Source of the DNA: an uncultured Acidimicrobiia bacterium
GTDB lineage: Bacteria > Actinomycetota > Acidimicrobiia > Acidimicrobiales > AC-14
Length of the DNA stretch: 64,000 nt
Assembly: GCA_963836205.1 (NCBI GenBank)
Contig: CAWIIV010000020.1
Coordinates: 120,992-184,991, forward strand
Direction of reading: 5' to 3'
Part shown: piece by piece, positions 52,936 through 63,444 of the stretch
Numbering within the stretch: position 1 is the stretch's first letter
Layout of the letters: the number at the start of each line of letters is the position of its first letter
Position numbers and translations under genes: made by a program
The notes under the pieces: model-generated
Told to the model about the DNA's origin: nothing
Databases searched by the model: none
What the model saw: the letters and a program-made list of their open reading frames with translations, nothing else

Positions 52936-53525
52936 CGGCCCCCACGCCGAGCCCGGCCCCGACTCCCGCGGCCAACCGGCACCGGGGCCCGATCTTCTGG
53001 GTGACGGCGGCCGCGGGCTGGGCCCTCATCGCCTGGGGCCTGCGAGGGGTGTTCGCCCACGAGATCGACACCCGCCCCCGCGACCTCGCCCGCTTCGTGT
53101 TCGGCGGCGCTCTCCTCCACGACCTGGTCCTCGTCCCGATCGTCCTCCTCGTCGGGCTGGGCCTGGCTCGGGTGGTCCCCGCCCGGTGGCGGACGTACGT
53201 CCAGGTGGCGGCGGTGATGTCGGCGTGCATGGCCCTCTTCGCCTACCCCCTGGTCCGCGGCTTCGGCCACGCCCACAACAACCCCACCTCGCTCCCCCAC
53301 AACTACACCGCCAACCTGGCCCTCGTGGTCGGGGTGGTCTGGCTCGTGGTGGCGATGGTGGCGGTCGTGCAGGCCCGACGACCCCGCACCGTCGGCGTGG
53401 AACCCGACCATCCTGGCTGGGCCGCGGGCGACGCCCCAAGCACGGGTGGGACGGGTCGTGGGCAGCTCAGTGGCGGCCTCTCTCGTCGCCGTTGCCGAGG
53501 GCGCCGGCGTAGGCGACGCCGCTGA
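52932..53525 (+). CDS. Membrane protein coupled to the Mo enzyme
   Basis: LLHDLVLVP, NPTSLPHNY; GTGA overlap. Confidence 0.75.
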   Translation: MTAPTPSPAPTPAANRHRGPIFWVTAAAGWALIAWGLRGVFAHEIDTRPRDLARFVFGGALLHDLVLVPIVLLVGLGLARVVPARWRTYVQVAAVMSACMALFAYPLVRGFGHAHNNPTSLPHNYTANLALVVGVVWLVVAMVAVVQARRPRTVGVEPDHPGWAAGDAPSTGGTGRGQLSGGLSRRRCRGRRRRRRR

Positions 53526-55146
53526 GGTGGTGCATGTCGCGGTCGAAGGTGACGAGGTCGTCGACGCTGAGCTCGGAGACGTGATGGTGCCCACAGGCAC
53601 GGGCCAGCACCTGGATGAGCCGGGTGGTGGCCGTGAGGAAGTTGGCGAGACGGTGCGCAGCCACGTCGACGGGCAGCCGAGCCCGCAGGCGTTCGTTCTG
53701 GGTGGCGATGCCGACGGGGCAGTTGTCGGTGTTGCAGGCCCGCATGCCAACGCAGCCGATGGCCTGGAGGGCCGAGTTTGCGATGGCCACCGCGTCGGCG
53801 CCAAGGGCGAGCGCCTTGGCGAAGTCGGGTGTCGTGCGCATGCCGCCGGTGGCGATCAAGGTGACGTCCTGCCGCTCGAGACGGTCGAGGTGGCGTCGTG
53901 CCCGCGCCAGCGCCGGGATGGTGGGCACCGAGATGTGGTCACGGAACAGCTTCGGCGCGGCCCCGGTGCCACCGCCTCGACCGTCGAGGATGATGTAGTC
54001 GACCCCGATCTGGAGGGCGGCGTCGATGTCGGCCTCGATGTGTTGGGCAGACAGCTTCGCCCCGAACGGGATGCCGCCGGCGACGCCGCGCAGCTCGGCC
54101 ACGAACGCGGCGATGTCGCCGACCGTTCGGAACTCGGGAAAGGTCGGCGGTGATACCGCGGCGGTGCCCTCGGGGAGGCCGCGCACCTCGGCGATGCGGC
54201 CTTTGACCTTGTTGCCCGGGAGGTGGCCACCGGTCCCCGTCTTCGCCCCCTGGCCGAACTTGAGGTGGAAGGCCTGGACGCCTCGCAGGTGATCGGGGGA
54301 CCAACCGAACCGGGCCGACGCCAGCTCGTAGAAGTAGCGAGAGTTCTCCGCATGCTCCTCGGGGAGCATGCCGCCCTCGCCCGAGCAGATCCCCGTGCCG
54401 GCCAGCTCCGCGCCACGCGCCAGCGCCGTCTTGGCCTCGGCCGACAGCGCGCCGAAGCTCATGTCAGAGACGAACAGCGGTAGATCCAGTCGCAGCGGCC
54501 GCGCCGCGTTCGGGCCGATCACCACATCGGTGCCGACCTCGTCGTCGTCGAGCAACGGGCGACGGGCCAGCTGCGCGGTGACGATCTGGATGCTGTCCCA
54601 CGACGGCAGATGTTGGCGAGCCACCCCCATGGCGGCCATCGCCCCGTGGTGACCAAGGCGTTCGAGCCCGTGCAGGGCAAGTTCGTGGATGTCCCCGACG
54701 AAGGGTTCCTCCGGTGAGGAGTGCTGGTTGCGGTAGTGCACCTCGTACTCACTGACGGGCTCGGCGCTGACGACGAGCCCATGGCGCCGGCGGTAGGCAG
54801 TGAGCTCGCTCGACGAGACCACGATCTGGCCGCCGATCACCGCGCTCTCGAAGCGATGGAGTTGCTGGCTGCTGTCGTAGGTCGACACGCCGGTGTCGAT
54901 GCGGTAGTCCCAGCCGTGTACTCCGCAGATCAGGTTATCGCCCCGCACACTGCCGTCGGCCAGCAGCGCACCGCGATGCTGGCACCGACCGGACAGCACG
55001 GAGTGCGCGCCGTCGTAGCGGACGACGACGAGATCGACGCCTTCGACGAACGCTCCGAAAGGGGTCCGGTCGGGGATGTCCGTCCAGGCCGCCACCGGCG
55101 TGTCGAGATGATCCGCGGCGGTTGTGTTCACCTCGAGCTGGGTCAC
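53467..55146 (-). CDS. Rieske [2Fe-2S] fused to FMN-binding glutamate-synthase-family domain
   Basis: CQHRG...CGVHGW; SDMSFGALS, GEGG, KFGQGAKTGTGGHLPG, DGRGGGTGA, CVGMRACNTDNC. Confidence 0.9.
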   Translation of the reverse strand: MTQLEVNTTAADHLDTPVAAWTDIPDRTPFGAFVEGVDLVVVRYDGAHSVLSGRCQHRGALLADGSVRGDNLICGVHGWDYRIDTGVSTYDSSQQLHRFESAVIGGQIVVSSSELTAYRRRHGLVVSAEPVSEYEVHYRNQHSSPEEPFVGDIHELALHGLERLGHHGAMAAMGVARQHLPSWDSIQIVTAQLARRPLLDDDEVGTDVVIGPNAARPLRLDLPLFVSDMSFGALSAEAKTALARGAELAGTGICSGEGGMLPEEHAENSRYFYELASARFGWSPDHLRGVQAFHLKFGQGAKTGTGGHLPGNKVKGRIAEVRGLPEGTAAVSPPTFPEFRTVGDIAAFVAELRGVAGGIPFGAKLSAQHIEADIDAALQIGVDYIILDGRGGGTGAAPKLFRDHISVPTIPALARARRHLDRLERQDVTLIATGGMRTTPDFAKALALGADAVAIANSALQAIGCVGMRACNTDNCPVGIATQNERLRARLPVDVAAHRLANFLTATTRLIQVLARACGHHHVSELSVDDLVTFDRDMHHLSGVAYAGALGNGDERGRH

Positions 55147-55442
55147 ATCCACTCCAGGGTCAGGCGATCGTGGCGATCGAATTTGGCCAGGTGCTTCGCG
55201 ATCATGAACTTGAGCTGGTCGACCACGTCGGCGGTCGGGGCGACGATCGAGATCGTCAGCACCCCTGGGCCGGCGTCGAGATCGCACCGGCCGTCCCCGA
55301 CGGCGATGGTCCCGTGGGTGCGGTCGAACTCGACGGGCACCTTGCCTTGGAAGTGTTTGCAGAGCTGGAGGAGGTAGCGGGACGGATCGTCAGTGGTGAC
55401 CTGGGCGCCAGCAGTCAGCGGGCCGGCGGATGAGACGGTCAT
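55143..55442 (-). CDS. DUF2218 family protein
   Basis: SRYLLQLCKHF...HLAKF...LEW. Confidence 0.85.
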   Translation of the reverse strand: MTVSSAGPLTAGAQVTTDDPSRYLLQLCKHFQGKVPVEFDRTHGTIAVGDGRCDLDAGPGVLTISIVAPTADVVDQLKFMIAKHLAKFDRHDRLTLEWM

Positions 55443-55627
55443 GGTCCTCCCCTGGTTCCTCCGAGTACGACGGTCAGCGATAGTACGCGCCGGCGGTCAG
55501 AATCGAGAGGGCCCCCGACGTCCTAGGCGTTTCGCGACGGTGCCTCCTCGCTCGTGGCGCAGAATGAGGTGCCCAGCACGGCGTGACGAGACGGACCTGG
55601 CCGGCGGCCCACAGAGCAACGGGGTTG

Positions 55628-56560
55628 TCAGTCGGCGAAGCCGTTTTGGCGGAGCCAGGTCTGCGCCACGACGTTCGTGTCCCCCCCTGTGTTGTGAACC
55701 CGCTCGTTCAGCTCGGAGAGCGATTCGGTGGTCAGGGCGGCGGAAACGGCGTTCATCACCGAGCGAGCTCGTTCGTCCACCGCGGCGGGCCTGATGACTG
55801 CCACCACCGCATCGGCGTTCTGCAGCTGCTTGTCGTCCTCGAGCAGGACGAAGCCGGTGGCGTCGCTCGTGAACAGGAGGGCGACGTCGATTTCACCATT
55901 GCGCAACGCCGTCTTCGTCAGCGGGCCCCCGGCGTCGAGCGCCTTGAACGACCCGAATCTGATGCCGTACCTGGCCTCCAGGCCCTTGGCGCAGAACGGA
56001 CGAGTGGGGCACTCGGGCGGGCCGCCGAGGCTGAGCTGCGAGGCCAGCGGTGCCAGGTCCGACAACTTCGTTATTCGCAGTCGGTCGGCCGTGGCCTGGG
56101 TGACGGCGAACGTGTTCTGGTTCACCGCCCGCGCCGGGTCGAGGGCCAAGAGGCCTTTCGGTTGCAGAACGTCGTTCAGCCGGCTCACCGTCTCCGCCGC
56201 GTCCGGCGTGGCCTGGCCGGCATTGTTGTTCCAGAACTCCAGGTCGGTTGCGGCATACCCGAGATAGATGTCGATATCGCCGTGCTCCAGTGCGGGACCC
56301 ACGACTTCCCGGCTTCCGATGTTGGTGCGGAACTTGATCGCGAACCCGCTCTCGCGAAGGGCTCCGCCGTAGATGTTGGAGAGGATCGCGCTTTCGGGAA
56401 AGTTGAATGCCCCAAACGTGATCCTGCCGGTCGAGCTGTCGGACGCACACGAGGTCAGCATCATGAGCGATCCGAGGACAAGAATGCGGAATCTTGCCTT
56501 GTTCCGGGCACTCGCGTCGCCGCCAATTCTTCGGACGGGTGTCCGAGCCGATCTCTTCAT
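55628..56560 (-). CDS. Glycine betaine/osmoprotectant ABC substrate-binding lipoprotein
   Basis: LTSC lipobox-like, FPESAIL, GSRE, ECPTRPFC, LEDDK. Confidence 0.85.
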   Translation of the reverse strand: MKRSARTPVRRIGGDASARNKARFRILVLGSLMMLTSCASDSSTGRITFGAFNFPESAILSNIYGGALRESGFAIKFRTNIGSREVVGPALEHGDIDIYLGYAATDLEFWNNNAGQATPDAAETVSRLNDVLQPKGLLALDPARAVNQNTFAVTQATADRLRITKLSDLAPLASQLSLGGPPECPTRPFCAKGLEARYGIRFGSFKALDAGGPLTKTALRNGEIDVALLFTSDATGFVLLEDDKQLQNADAVVAVIRPAAVDERARSVMNAVSAALTTESLSELNERVHNTGGDTNVVAQTWLRQNGFAD

Positions 56561-56688
56561 CGTTTGCCAACTCTCTTCCGCTCAGGTGGTAGCGAGATTC
56601 GCGTCGGCCGCTGCAAGGAGCTGGTCGAGCGACTTGCCTGTCGTCTCGGCCCGTCCCACCGACCTCCGCAGGTGCGCCACCGCTCCGA

Positions 56689-59600
56689 CTAGGTCGATGC
56701 AACACCCAACGAGTCAGGTCCGGAATCAGCGGACGCAGGTGAGGCGTCGGCATCCCGCGCCGACGGACGGAATCGGAAATACGCCCAAAACGCGGTCGAA
56801 ATCGCTGCGAACGTGCTCGCAATGATCAAGGCCTTCCATGGTGCGCCGTTGTTGTCTGGCCCGGAAGAACTTGCTGGTCGCAAGACGATCAACACATAGG
56901 CGAACGCTCCGATCGAATAGACGGCGGCCCAATCGACGAGCTTCCACGAACGGATCGCTCCGCCATCGAGCTCCTTCATCGGGATGAGGCCTATGACGAG
57001 CGTCTCGACCGCAGCGATGAAGGTGCCGGCAAGGGCTGAGTCCGCCACCGCGAGCCAAAACGTCACGTCCCCCTCGGCGGCCGCGGCTGAAACAGGAACC
57101 CAGAGGAACCAGGCGGCGAGGCCGACCCCGAGGGTGAATATGGACGTCACGATGGCCAGGCGGCCGCTCGACCTCGCGGGGAGGGTCGTCGCGAATACCA
57201 GCCCGCCGATGAGCCCGAACAGGAAGCCGGGCTCAAGGTGGAGGAACCGTGACGCAAGCACCAAACCCGCGGTCAACACCAGTGCTCCGGGCCGTAGGCT
57301 GATCTGCCCCCGATCCTTGTGGCTGCGCCGCATGTACAAGATGCCCGGGAGACCGAAGCACACGAACACCACGGCCAAGCTCGTGGCGAGTCCGACGATG
57401 AGGGCGACGGTCGTGATGCTGGGACCGAAGCCGGGGTCGAGAAACGCGCCTGCGATTCCGCCGACGAGGAGGAATCCGACAAGGGCCGAAGCCCGAAAGG
57501 CCCGGCTTCGCTCCGAGATCGGCTTCACCGCCTTGGGCGCCCGCCCGAACCAACCACGGATCTCGTCGTAGTTCTCGTCGACGGTCGAGTCGAGCAGGCT
57601 TCCTGGGAACGAGACGAGCAAAAGGAACAGGATCGTAAGCAGTGCGCTGGCACCAATCGACTTCGGGCTGAGATCTATGTCAGTCGGCTTGGGGATCCCG
57701 GTGACGACAACCGAGCGGTGCAAATCGGGATCCGAAACGAGGATCGTCGTCGACGCGAGGACGGGTGAGCCGGAGATGTCACAAGAGGCCTCGACGGTGA
57801 ATTGCCCGGCCCCGAAGTCCCCCGGGATGTCAATGCGAAGGTGGAACTCCCCCGTGCTGTCCGGCCGTTGCGATCCGATACGTTCGCCTTCGGCGAAGAA
57901 GTAGACCTCCTCGCAGTCGCCGTAGCCCGCTCCGTCGATCTCCAGCACCGAGCCGGGCGCGCTCGAGGCGCTGCTCCCTGTCCCAATCGCAGACAGGGTC
58001 GGCGCGGGAGGACCCGGGGAGGTCGTCGTCGTCGTTTGGAGCGATGTCGTCGTTTGGAGCGATGTCGTCGTCGCGGCAATCGTGGTCGTCGTCGCGGCAA
58101 TCGTGGTCGTCGTCGGGACGACCGTTGACGCGGGGGCCGTTGACGGAATCGGCGCCGTCGTGGTCGCCGGTATCGCAGTGGTTTCCGGTGTCGCGGTGGT
58201 CGTCGGGACCAAGGTCGTCGTCGGGACAGCGGTGGTCGGGACGATCGTGGTCGGTGTCGGGACCACCGTCGTTGTCGTCGGGAGCGTTGTCGCCGGGACC
58301 GTCGTGGTCGGAGCCGTGGTCGTCGTCGGGACGGTCGTCGTCGTCGGCACCGTGGTCGTCGTCGGCACCGTGGTCGTCGTCGGCACCGTGGTCGTCGTCG
58401 GCACCGTCGTCGTCGTCGGCACCGTCGTCGTCGTCGGCACCGTCGTCGTCGTCGGGACCGTGGTCGTCGTGGTCGTCGTCGGAGCCGTGGTCGTCGTCGG
58501 GACTGTGGTCGTGGTCGTCGTCGGGACTGTGGTCGTGGTCGTCGTCGGGACTGTGGTCGTGGTCGTCGTCGGGACCGTGGTCGTGGTCGTCGTCGGGACC
58601 GTGGTCGTGGTCGTCGTCGGGACCGTGGTCGTGGTCGTCGTGGTCGTCGTCGTCGGGACCGTGGTCGTTGTCGTCGAGGTGGTTGTCGTCGTCGGAGCCG
58701 TGGTCGTCGTCGGAGCCGTTGTCGTGGTCGTCGTAGGGACCGTGGTCGTCGTAGGGACCGTGGTCGTCGTAGGGATCGTGGTCGTCGTCGGGATCGTGGT
58801 CGTGGTCGTCGTGGTCGTCGAGGTGGAGGTCGTCGTGGTGGTGGTCGTCGGTGGTGCGACGGTCACCGACTCGTTGGCGTCGCCGCACGATCCAGAGACG
58901 GCACTGTTGGCGGCGTCGCCCCCGTAGGAGGCGATCCACCGGTAGGTGCCGGGGGCCGTCGGCGAGAACGACTCGGACGTGTAGGAGCCGTTGCCGTTGA
59001 CGGGGCGAGTGGAGGTGAACACCGCCGTAGTGCACGACTCGTCGCCGGGGCCGAACAGGTCGAAGGTGATCGTGCCCGTGGGCGCGACACCGTTCGACAG
59101 GGTGGCGGTGTCGGTCACCGGGTTTCCCACCTCGACTGGTCCGGAGGCGACCGTCGAGAGGCCCGGTAGCACCGCGTCGACCGTGACGAAATCGATCCCC
59201 CGTCCAACGGCGCTGGTTGTCACCAGCTGTCGCACCCGACCGAGCACAAGTGCGGCAGAGGCCGTTTGCACGCCGCGCCTCACGGCGACGTCAATGGTGG
59301 GAACCCTGAGAACGTCGAAGGAGAACTGCATCGTGCAGCTGTCGTCCCGGCCGAATGTCGACAAGGCCACGCTGCTCGACGGGGTGAATGTCACCATTCC
59401 CGTTGCGTCGGGGGCGCTGATGGCGAAGGTGAGCCCCTGACATGCGCCGGCAATCCCGACAGCAGTCGGACTCAACGAGAACACACCCGTCTCAGGTGTG
59501 CCACACGGTATGCGGGCGTCTCCACACGAAGGCCAAAACCGGATGGCCGTGAGCTCGAGCGCTCCAGGCAGCGTGAGGAACGGGCGACTGATGGATATCG

Positions 59601-59802
59601 TCCCTGTCCGGCCCTGTTGGAAAATCGTCACTGGGTCCGCCATGCGAGGCGTCACCGTGATGACGTTCCCGATCAGGCCCGACGCCGCGGGCGGAGGCGC
59701 CGCCAAGGCCAGGGTCGCGCCGAGTACCAGCGCGCCGCCAACGAAGGCGTTCAAGTGAAGCCTACGGGCGGGTCGAGACGTCTTCCTGGCTGTCTTTTGC
59801 AC
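56689..59802 (-). CDS. Large surface protein: signal peptide, Ig-like domains, Thr-rich stalk, multi-TM (FGLLP-like) C-terminus
   Basis: GTITFDLFGP...YRWIASYGGD; (VPTTTTTT)n; PGFLFGLIGG, IGLIPMKELDG. Confidence 0.8.
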   Translation of the reverse strand: MQKTARKTSRPARRLHLNAFVGGALVLGATLALAAPPPAASGLIGNVITVTPRMADPVTIFQQGRTGTISISRPFLTLPGALELTAIRFWPSCGDARIPCGTPETGVFSLSPTAVGIAGACQGLTFAISAPDATGMVTFTPSSSVALSTFGRDDSCTMQFSFDVLRVPTIDVAVRRGVQTASAALVLGRVRQLVTTSAVGRGIDFVTVDAVLPGLSTVASGPVEVGNPVTDTATLSNGVAPTGTITFDLFGPGDESCTTAVFTSTRPVNGNGSYTSESFSPTAPGTYRWIASYGGDAANSAVSGSCGDANESVTVAPPTTTTTTTSTSTTTTTTTTIPTTTTIPTTTTVPTTTTVPTTTTTTAPTTTTAPTTTTTSTTTTTVPTTTTTTTTTTVPTTTTTTVPTTTTTTVPTTTTTTVPTTTTTTVPTTTTTTVPTTTTAPTTTTTTTVPTTTTVPTTTTVPTTTTVPTTTTVPTTTTVPTTTTVPTTTTVPTTTTAPTTTVPATTLPTTTTVVPTPTTIVPTTAVPTTTLVPTTTATPETTAIPATTTAPIPSTAPASTVVPTTTTIAATTTTIAATTTSLQTTTSLQTTTTTSPGPPAPTLSAIGTGSSASSAPGSVLEIDGAGYGDCEEVYFFAEGERIGSQRPDSTGEFHLRIDIPGDFGAGQFTVEASCDISGSPVLASTTILVSDPDLHRSVVVTGIPKPTDIDLSPKSIGASALLTILFLLLVSFPGSLLDSTVDENYDEIRGWFGRAPKAVKPISERSRAFRASALVGFLLVGGIAGAFLDPGFGPSITTVALIVGLATSLAVVFVCFGLPGILYMRRSHKDRGQISLRPGALVLTAGLVLASRFLHLEPGFLFGLIGGLVFATTLPARSSGRLAIVTSIFTLGVGLAAWFLWVPVSAAAAEGDVTFWLAVADSALAGTFIAAVETLVIGLIPMKELDGGAIRSWKLVDWAAVYSIGAFAYVLIVLRPASSSGPDNNGAPWKALIIASTFAAISTAFWAYFRFRPSARDADASPASADSGPDSLGVAST
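58020..58850 (-). repeat. Thr/Pro/Val low-complexity tandem repeats (18- and 24-bp units)
   Basis: GTCGTCGTCGGCACCGTG and GGGACTGTGGTCGTGGTCGTCGTC arrays. Confidence 0.9.
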
Positions 59803-60939
59803 CGGCGAGAGTCAGGCGACGCCGTGGACGAGGACGATTTCGACGGCGGTCAGGGGCATCCCCACGTGTCGCTCTTCGGAAGACTTCCGCTCGCGCCAGT
59901 CGTGTCCGGGCCGTTCCCGCCTGGCGACCGACCCCTCCGCGAGGAGAGGCCACCGTGGTCGGACGACGTCCGCCCCCGTGCCGGCCGGGCCACGGTCGGT
60001 GGCCTTCACGATCGAGCTCCGCTCAACGAATCCGTGGTCGCCGCGGCCGAGCCGAACGGCCCGGGCCACCACCGCCGTATGCGACTGGTGGCAGACCGTC
60101 ATGTTCCGAGCGGGATGGGTGGCCTCGGGGACGCGCCCGCCGGTCCGACGAGCGCCAGCCCCGACCGTCGGGGGGCGACATCGCCGCCACCCGTCGTTTC
60201 TGGTGCGTTGTGGATGATCCCGTCTCCTCACTCGCCCACGACGGATGTCGATCCACCTGGCGCCACTCAGGGCCCGACGAACTCCGTACCGCGGGTCAAC
60301 TGCCGCGTGGCAACCGTAAGAAAGTCGTCGTCGCGTCGAAACCCGGAAATCCGTAGTCGGGCGGACGCCCCGTCAGTGGGCCGCGGATTCCTGTGCATCG
60401 CCGGCGCTCCCGGAGGCCCCCGGGCCTCCTTCCCACATTGCACACGAGTAGGCCCCGCGGATGGCCGTGCGCTCATGCTGGAGAGGAGCTCTCAAAACCA
60501 CGTTTGGAGATGGGGCGTGGGCATCGCAAATGCCGGCGGAGACCACCGTTCCGGTCACGAACGTCGATTCGCCCGACCCACGTACTTCTCGTGATCGATG
60601 CGGTCAGGGCGCAGGAGCTTGGCCACCGATCTCGACGGTGTCGTCACCTATGAACCGCGGGTCAGCAGATACGTCTGAGGGATTGGGATTCGGACTTCGA
60701 TCAGATCATGGCCGACGCCTGTCGGATGGGAGCATTGAGACGCCGCTCGACAGTGGCGCCCGCCGACTCTTCGCCGGCACTTGGCTCATAGCCGACCTTC
60801 TCCTAGGCGCGGATATTCGAGCCCATTTCACCGCCAGGGCGGGCCTCCCAGGCATCAATTCCACGCGCGGAGCCACGAGAAGGCCTTCGATCAATGCAGC
60901 GCACTGCGGGTGCCGGCCCGTTCCGACACCATCGGGGCC

Positions 60940-61629
60940 TCAGAATGTGCCGGTCGGTTCGTGCTCGACCGCGGTGATCGTTCCGTCAGGAGACGCCTCG
61001 ACGCAGCGGTCGGCGACAGCTGCGAGCAGGGCGTCGTCGTGGGAGATGGCGAGAATGCCGAGCTGCCCCGTCCCGACCCGGCTGAGGAGGACCTGCCACA
61101 GCTGGGCTTGGGTGATGGGGTCGAGCATGGCGCTGATCTCGTCGGCGACGATGAATGTCGGCCTGGCCAGAAGGGTCCGGGCCACGGCGATGCGCTGAAG
61201 CTCACCGCCCGAGAGCTCGTTGGGGTAGCGGTCGAGCCATCCGGCGGCAATCGAGAGCTCCTCGAGCAGGGCCGGGTCCAGGCGGCCGCCCTCGGCCAGG
61301 ATTCGGCGGAGCTGCCATCGGGGATTCACCGCCAGCTCCGGGTTCTGGAGGATGAGCTGGACCGGCGAGACGCCACGTGGGCGAAGAGGCTGACCATCGA
61401 CGGTGACGGTGCCCTGGTCGGGGACCAGGAAGCCGGCCAGGAGGCGCCCGAGGGTTGTCTTGCCGCAGCCGCTCGGGCCCCGTAGGCCGACGACTTCTCC
61501 GAGAGACACTCTTATGTCAGCCCCGCTCACGATCCACGGCGTGGTGCGGCGGTAGCGGAACGACAGGCCAACCCCTTCCAGGCCGCCTCGATTGGGCGCG
61601 GGAACCGCAGACATGGCCCGTTCAGGCAT
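60940..61629 (-). CDS. Peptide/nickel ABC ATP-binding subunit
   Basis: GPSGCGKT, LSGGELQR, ADE, SHD. Confidence 0.9.
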   Translation of the reverse strand: MPERAMSAVPAPNRGGLEGVGLSFRYRRTTPWIVSGADIRVSLGEVVGLRGPSGCGKTTLGRLLAGFLVPDQGTVTVDGQPLRPRGVSPVQLILQNPELAVNPRWQLRRILAEGGRLDPALLEELSIAAGWLDRYPNELSGGELQRIAVARTLLARPTFIVADEISAMLDPITQAQLWQVLLSRVGTGQLGILAISHDDALLAAVADRCVEASPDGTITAVEHEPTGTF

Positions 61630-62575
61630 GGATGCATCTCACGAGGGCTCCGTCCACGAGGCGGGACTCGGGCCGGCCCCGCTCGCAGTCCGCAGATCGA
61701 TGAGCGCAACGCGGGGCGAACAGGCATCCGGGGGGCAGATCGGTCGGCGGCGGCTGAGCACCGGCCAGGGGCGTGAAACCGTGGCCGGGCAGGGCCGCCC
61801 ACAAAGCCCGGCTGTAGGGATGCCGGAGGCCGGCACCATCGCCGGCGAAGCGATCGGCGGGCGTCACCTCCACCGTCGTGCCGGCATAGAACACGGCGAT
61901 CGTGTGGGCGACCTTCAGTGCCCCGAGAAGGTCGTGAGTGATGAGAACGACGGCCGCCCCGTCGTCGGCCATCGCCCGCAGCCCGGCCAGGGTCTCGGCC
62001 ACCACCGCCGGGTGCAGGCCGGGCGTGGGCTCGTCGGCCAGCACCAGCAGGGGCCGCCCGACCGTGGCCGTGGCCGTGAGCACCCGGCGGGCCATGCCCC
62101 CCGACAGCTCGTGGGGATACCTACGACCGGTGCCGCCGGGCAGGTCGAGCCTGCCCAGGGCCGATCGGGCGGCGTCATCGGGGGCGGTCGCGCCGGCCAG
62201 CTGGGCCGACCGCACGATCTGGCGCCCGACCCTCGTCACCGGGTCGAGAGCGGCGACCGTCTGCGGGATGAGGCAAATCTCCCGGCCCCGCAGCGTCCGC
62301 AGGCGGGTCTCGGAGAGCACCTCGCCCCGGTACCGGATCTCGCCCGACACCTCGGCGTTGCCGGGTAGCACCCCCAGCACGGCGTGGGCCAGCAGGGACT
62401 TGCCCGACCCACTCGAGCCCACCACCGCCACCAGCTCCCCGGCCTCGACGCTCAGGTCGATGCCGCAGACCACCTCCAGCCGCCGGCGTCGCAGCCCAGC
62501 CTCGTACTGGCTGAACACCACCCGCAGGGCCCGCACCTCGAGCACCGGCGAGCTCGCGCCTGCCGGGCCGTTCAC
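61622..62575 (-). CDS. Peptide/nickel ABC ATP-binding subunit (DppD-like)
   Basis: GSSGSGKS, YPHELSGG, HPYS, GCLFAPRC. Confidence 0.9.
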   Translation of the reverse strand: MNGPAGASSPVLEVRALRVVFSQYEAGLRRRRLEVVCGIDLSVEAGELVAVVGSSGSGKSLLAHAVLGVLPGNAEVSGEIRYRGEVLSETRLRTLRGREICLIPQTVAALDPVTRVGRQIVRSAQLAGATAPDDAARSALGRLDLPGGTGRRYPHELSGGMARRVLTATATVGRPLLVLADEPTPGLHPAVVAETLAGLRAMADDGAAVVLITHDLLGALKVAHTIAVFYAGTTVEVTPADRFAGDGAGLRHPYSRALWAALPGHGFTPLAGAQPPPTDLPPGCLFAPRCAHRSADCERGRPESRLVDGALVRCIHA

Positions 62576-63444
62576 TCCTGCACCGTGCGGGGATCGGTGA
62601 GGCTGCGGAGCTGGTGGCCGAGCACGTCGACGGTCTTGACCATCAGCAGCAGGGCGAGACCGGGCAGCACCGCCAACCACCAGGAGCCGGCGGACAGATA
62701 GCGCATGCCATCGGCCAGCAGGATGCCGATGGCCGGCTCATGGGGCGACAGACCGAGCCCGAGGAAGCTCAGAGCCGACTCGTGGAGGATGGCATGGGGG
62801 AACAGCAGCACCATCCCGACGGTGAAGTGAGGGACCAGATGAGGACCGAGATGGTGGCGGGCCACCCACGCCCCCCGCCGCCCGAGCCTGCGGGACACCG
62901 CGACGTAGTCCGACGCCGCCACCCGGCGGGCCTCACCCCGCAGCACCCGGGTGAGCGAGGGCCAGTGGGTAATTGCCACCCCGATCACGACGGCCTTCAG
63001 GCCTCCGCCGAGCACGAAGGCGAGCAGGATCAGCAGGACCAGGTGAGGCAGGGCCATGACCAGGTCGACCATCCAGCCGACGACGGCGTCGACCCGTCGA
63101 CCAAGGGCACCGGCCGCCGCCCCCAGAACGAGGGCGATGCCGGCGCTGGCCGTGGCGGCGAGGGTCCCGACGAGCAGCGACAGCCGTAGCCCGGCGAGCG
63201 TGCGGGCCAGCTGGTCGCGTCCCAGGCGGTCGGTACCGAAGGGATGTCCGAGGCTGGGCGACAGGTTGCGGGCGCCGAGGTCGGTCTGCGCCGCCCGGTC
63301 CGCCAGCAGCGTCCCGGCAACGAGGATCACCGCCAGCACGGCCAGGGTGGCCGCGGCGGTGGCGACCGTACGTGTGCGGCGATCGATCAGGCGGCCCCCG
63401 CTGGGGGACGCCAGGCCCTCGAGGGGCGAGGTGACGCTGGTCAC
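62572..63444 (-). CDS. Peptide/nickel ABC permease (DppC-like)
   Basis: HPFGTDRLGRD, ESALSFLGLG. Confidence 0.9.
   Translation of the reverse strand: MTSVTSPLEGLASPSGGRLIDRRTRTVATAAATLAVLAVILVAGTLLADRAAQTDLGARNLSPSLGHPFGTDRLGRDQLARTLAGLRLSLLVGTLAATASAGIALVLGAAAGALGRRVDAVVGWMVDLVMALPHLVLLILLAFVLGGGLKAVVIGVAITHWPSLTRVLRGEARRVAASDYVAVSRRLGRRGAWVARHHLGPHLVPHFTVGMVLLFPHAILHESALSFLGLGLSPHEPAIGILLADGMRYLSAGSWWLAVLPGLALLLMVKTVDVLGHQLRSLTDPRTVQE

Noticed and set aside
57830-59035. Asp/His-rich, poly-Val and poly-Ser ORFs
   Set aside because: Alternate-frame and antisense shadows of the Thr-rich stalk
59810-60930. Long intergenic region as ncRNA or CDS
   Set aside because: No convincing codon bias, motif or recognisable RNA family
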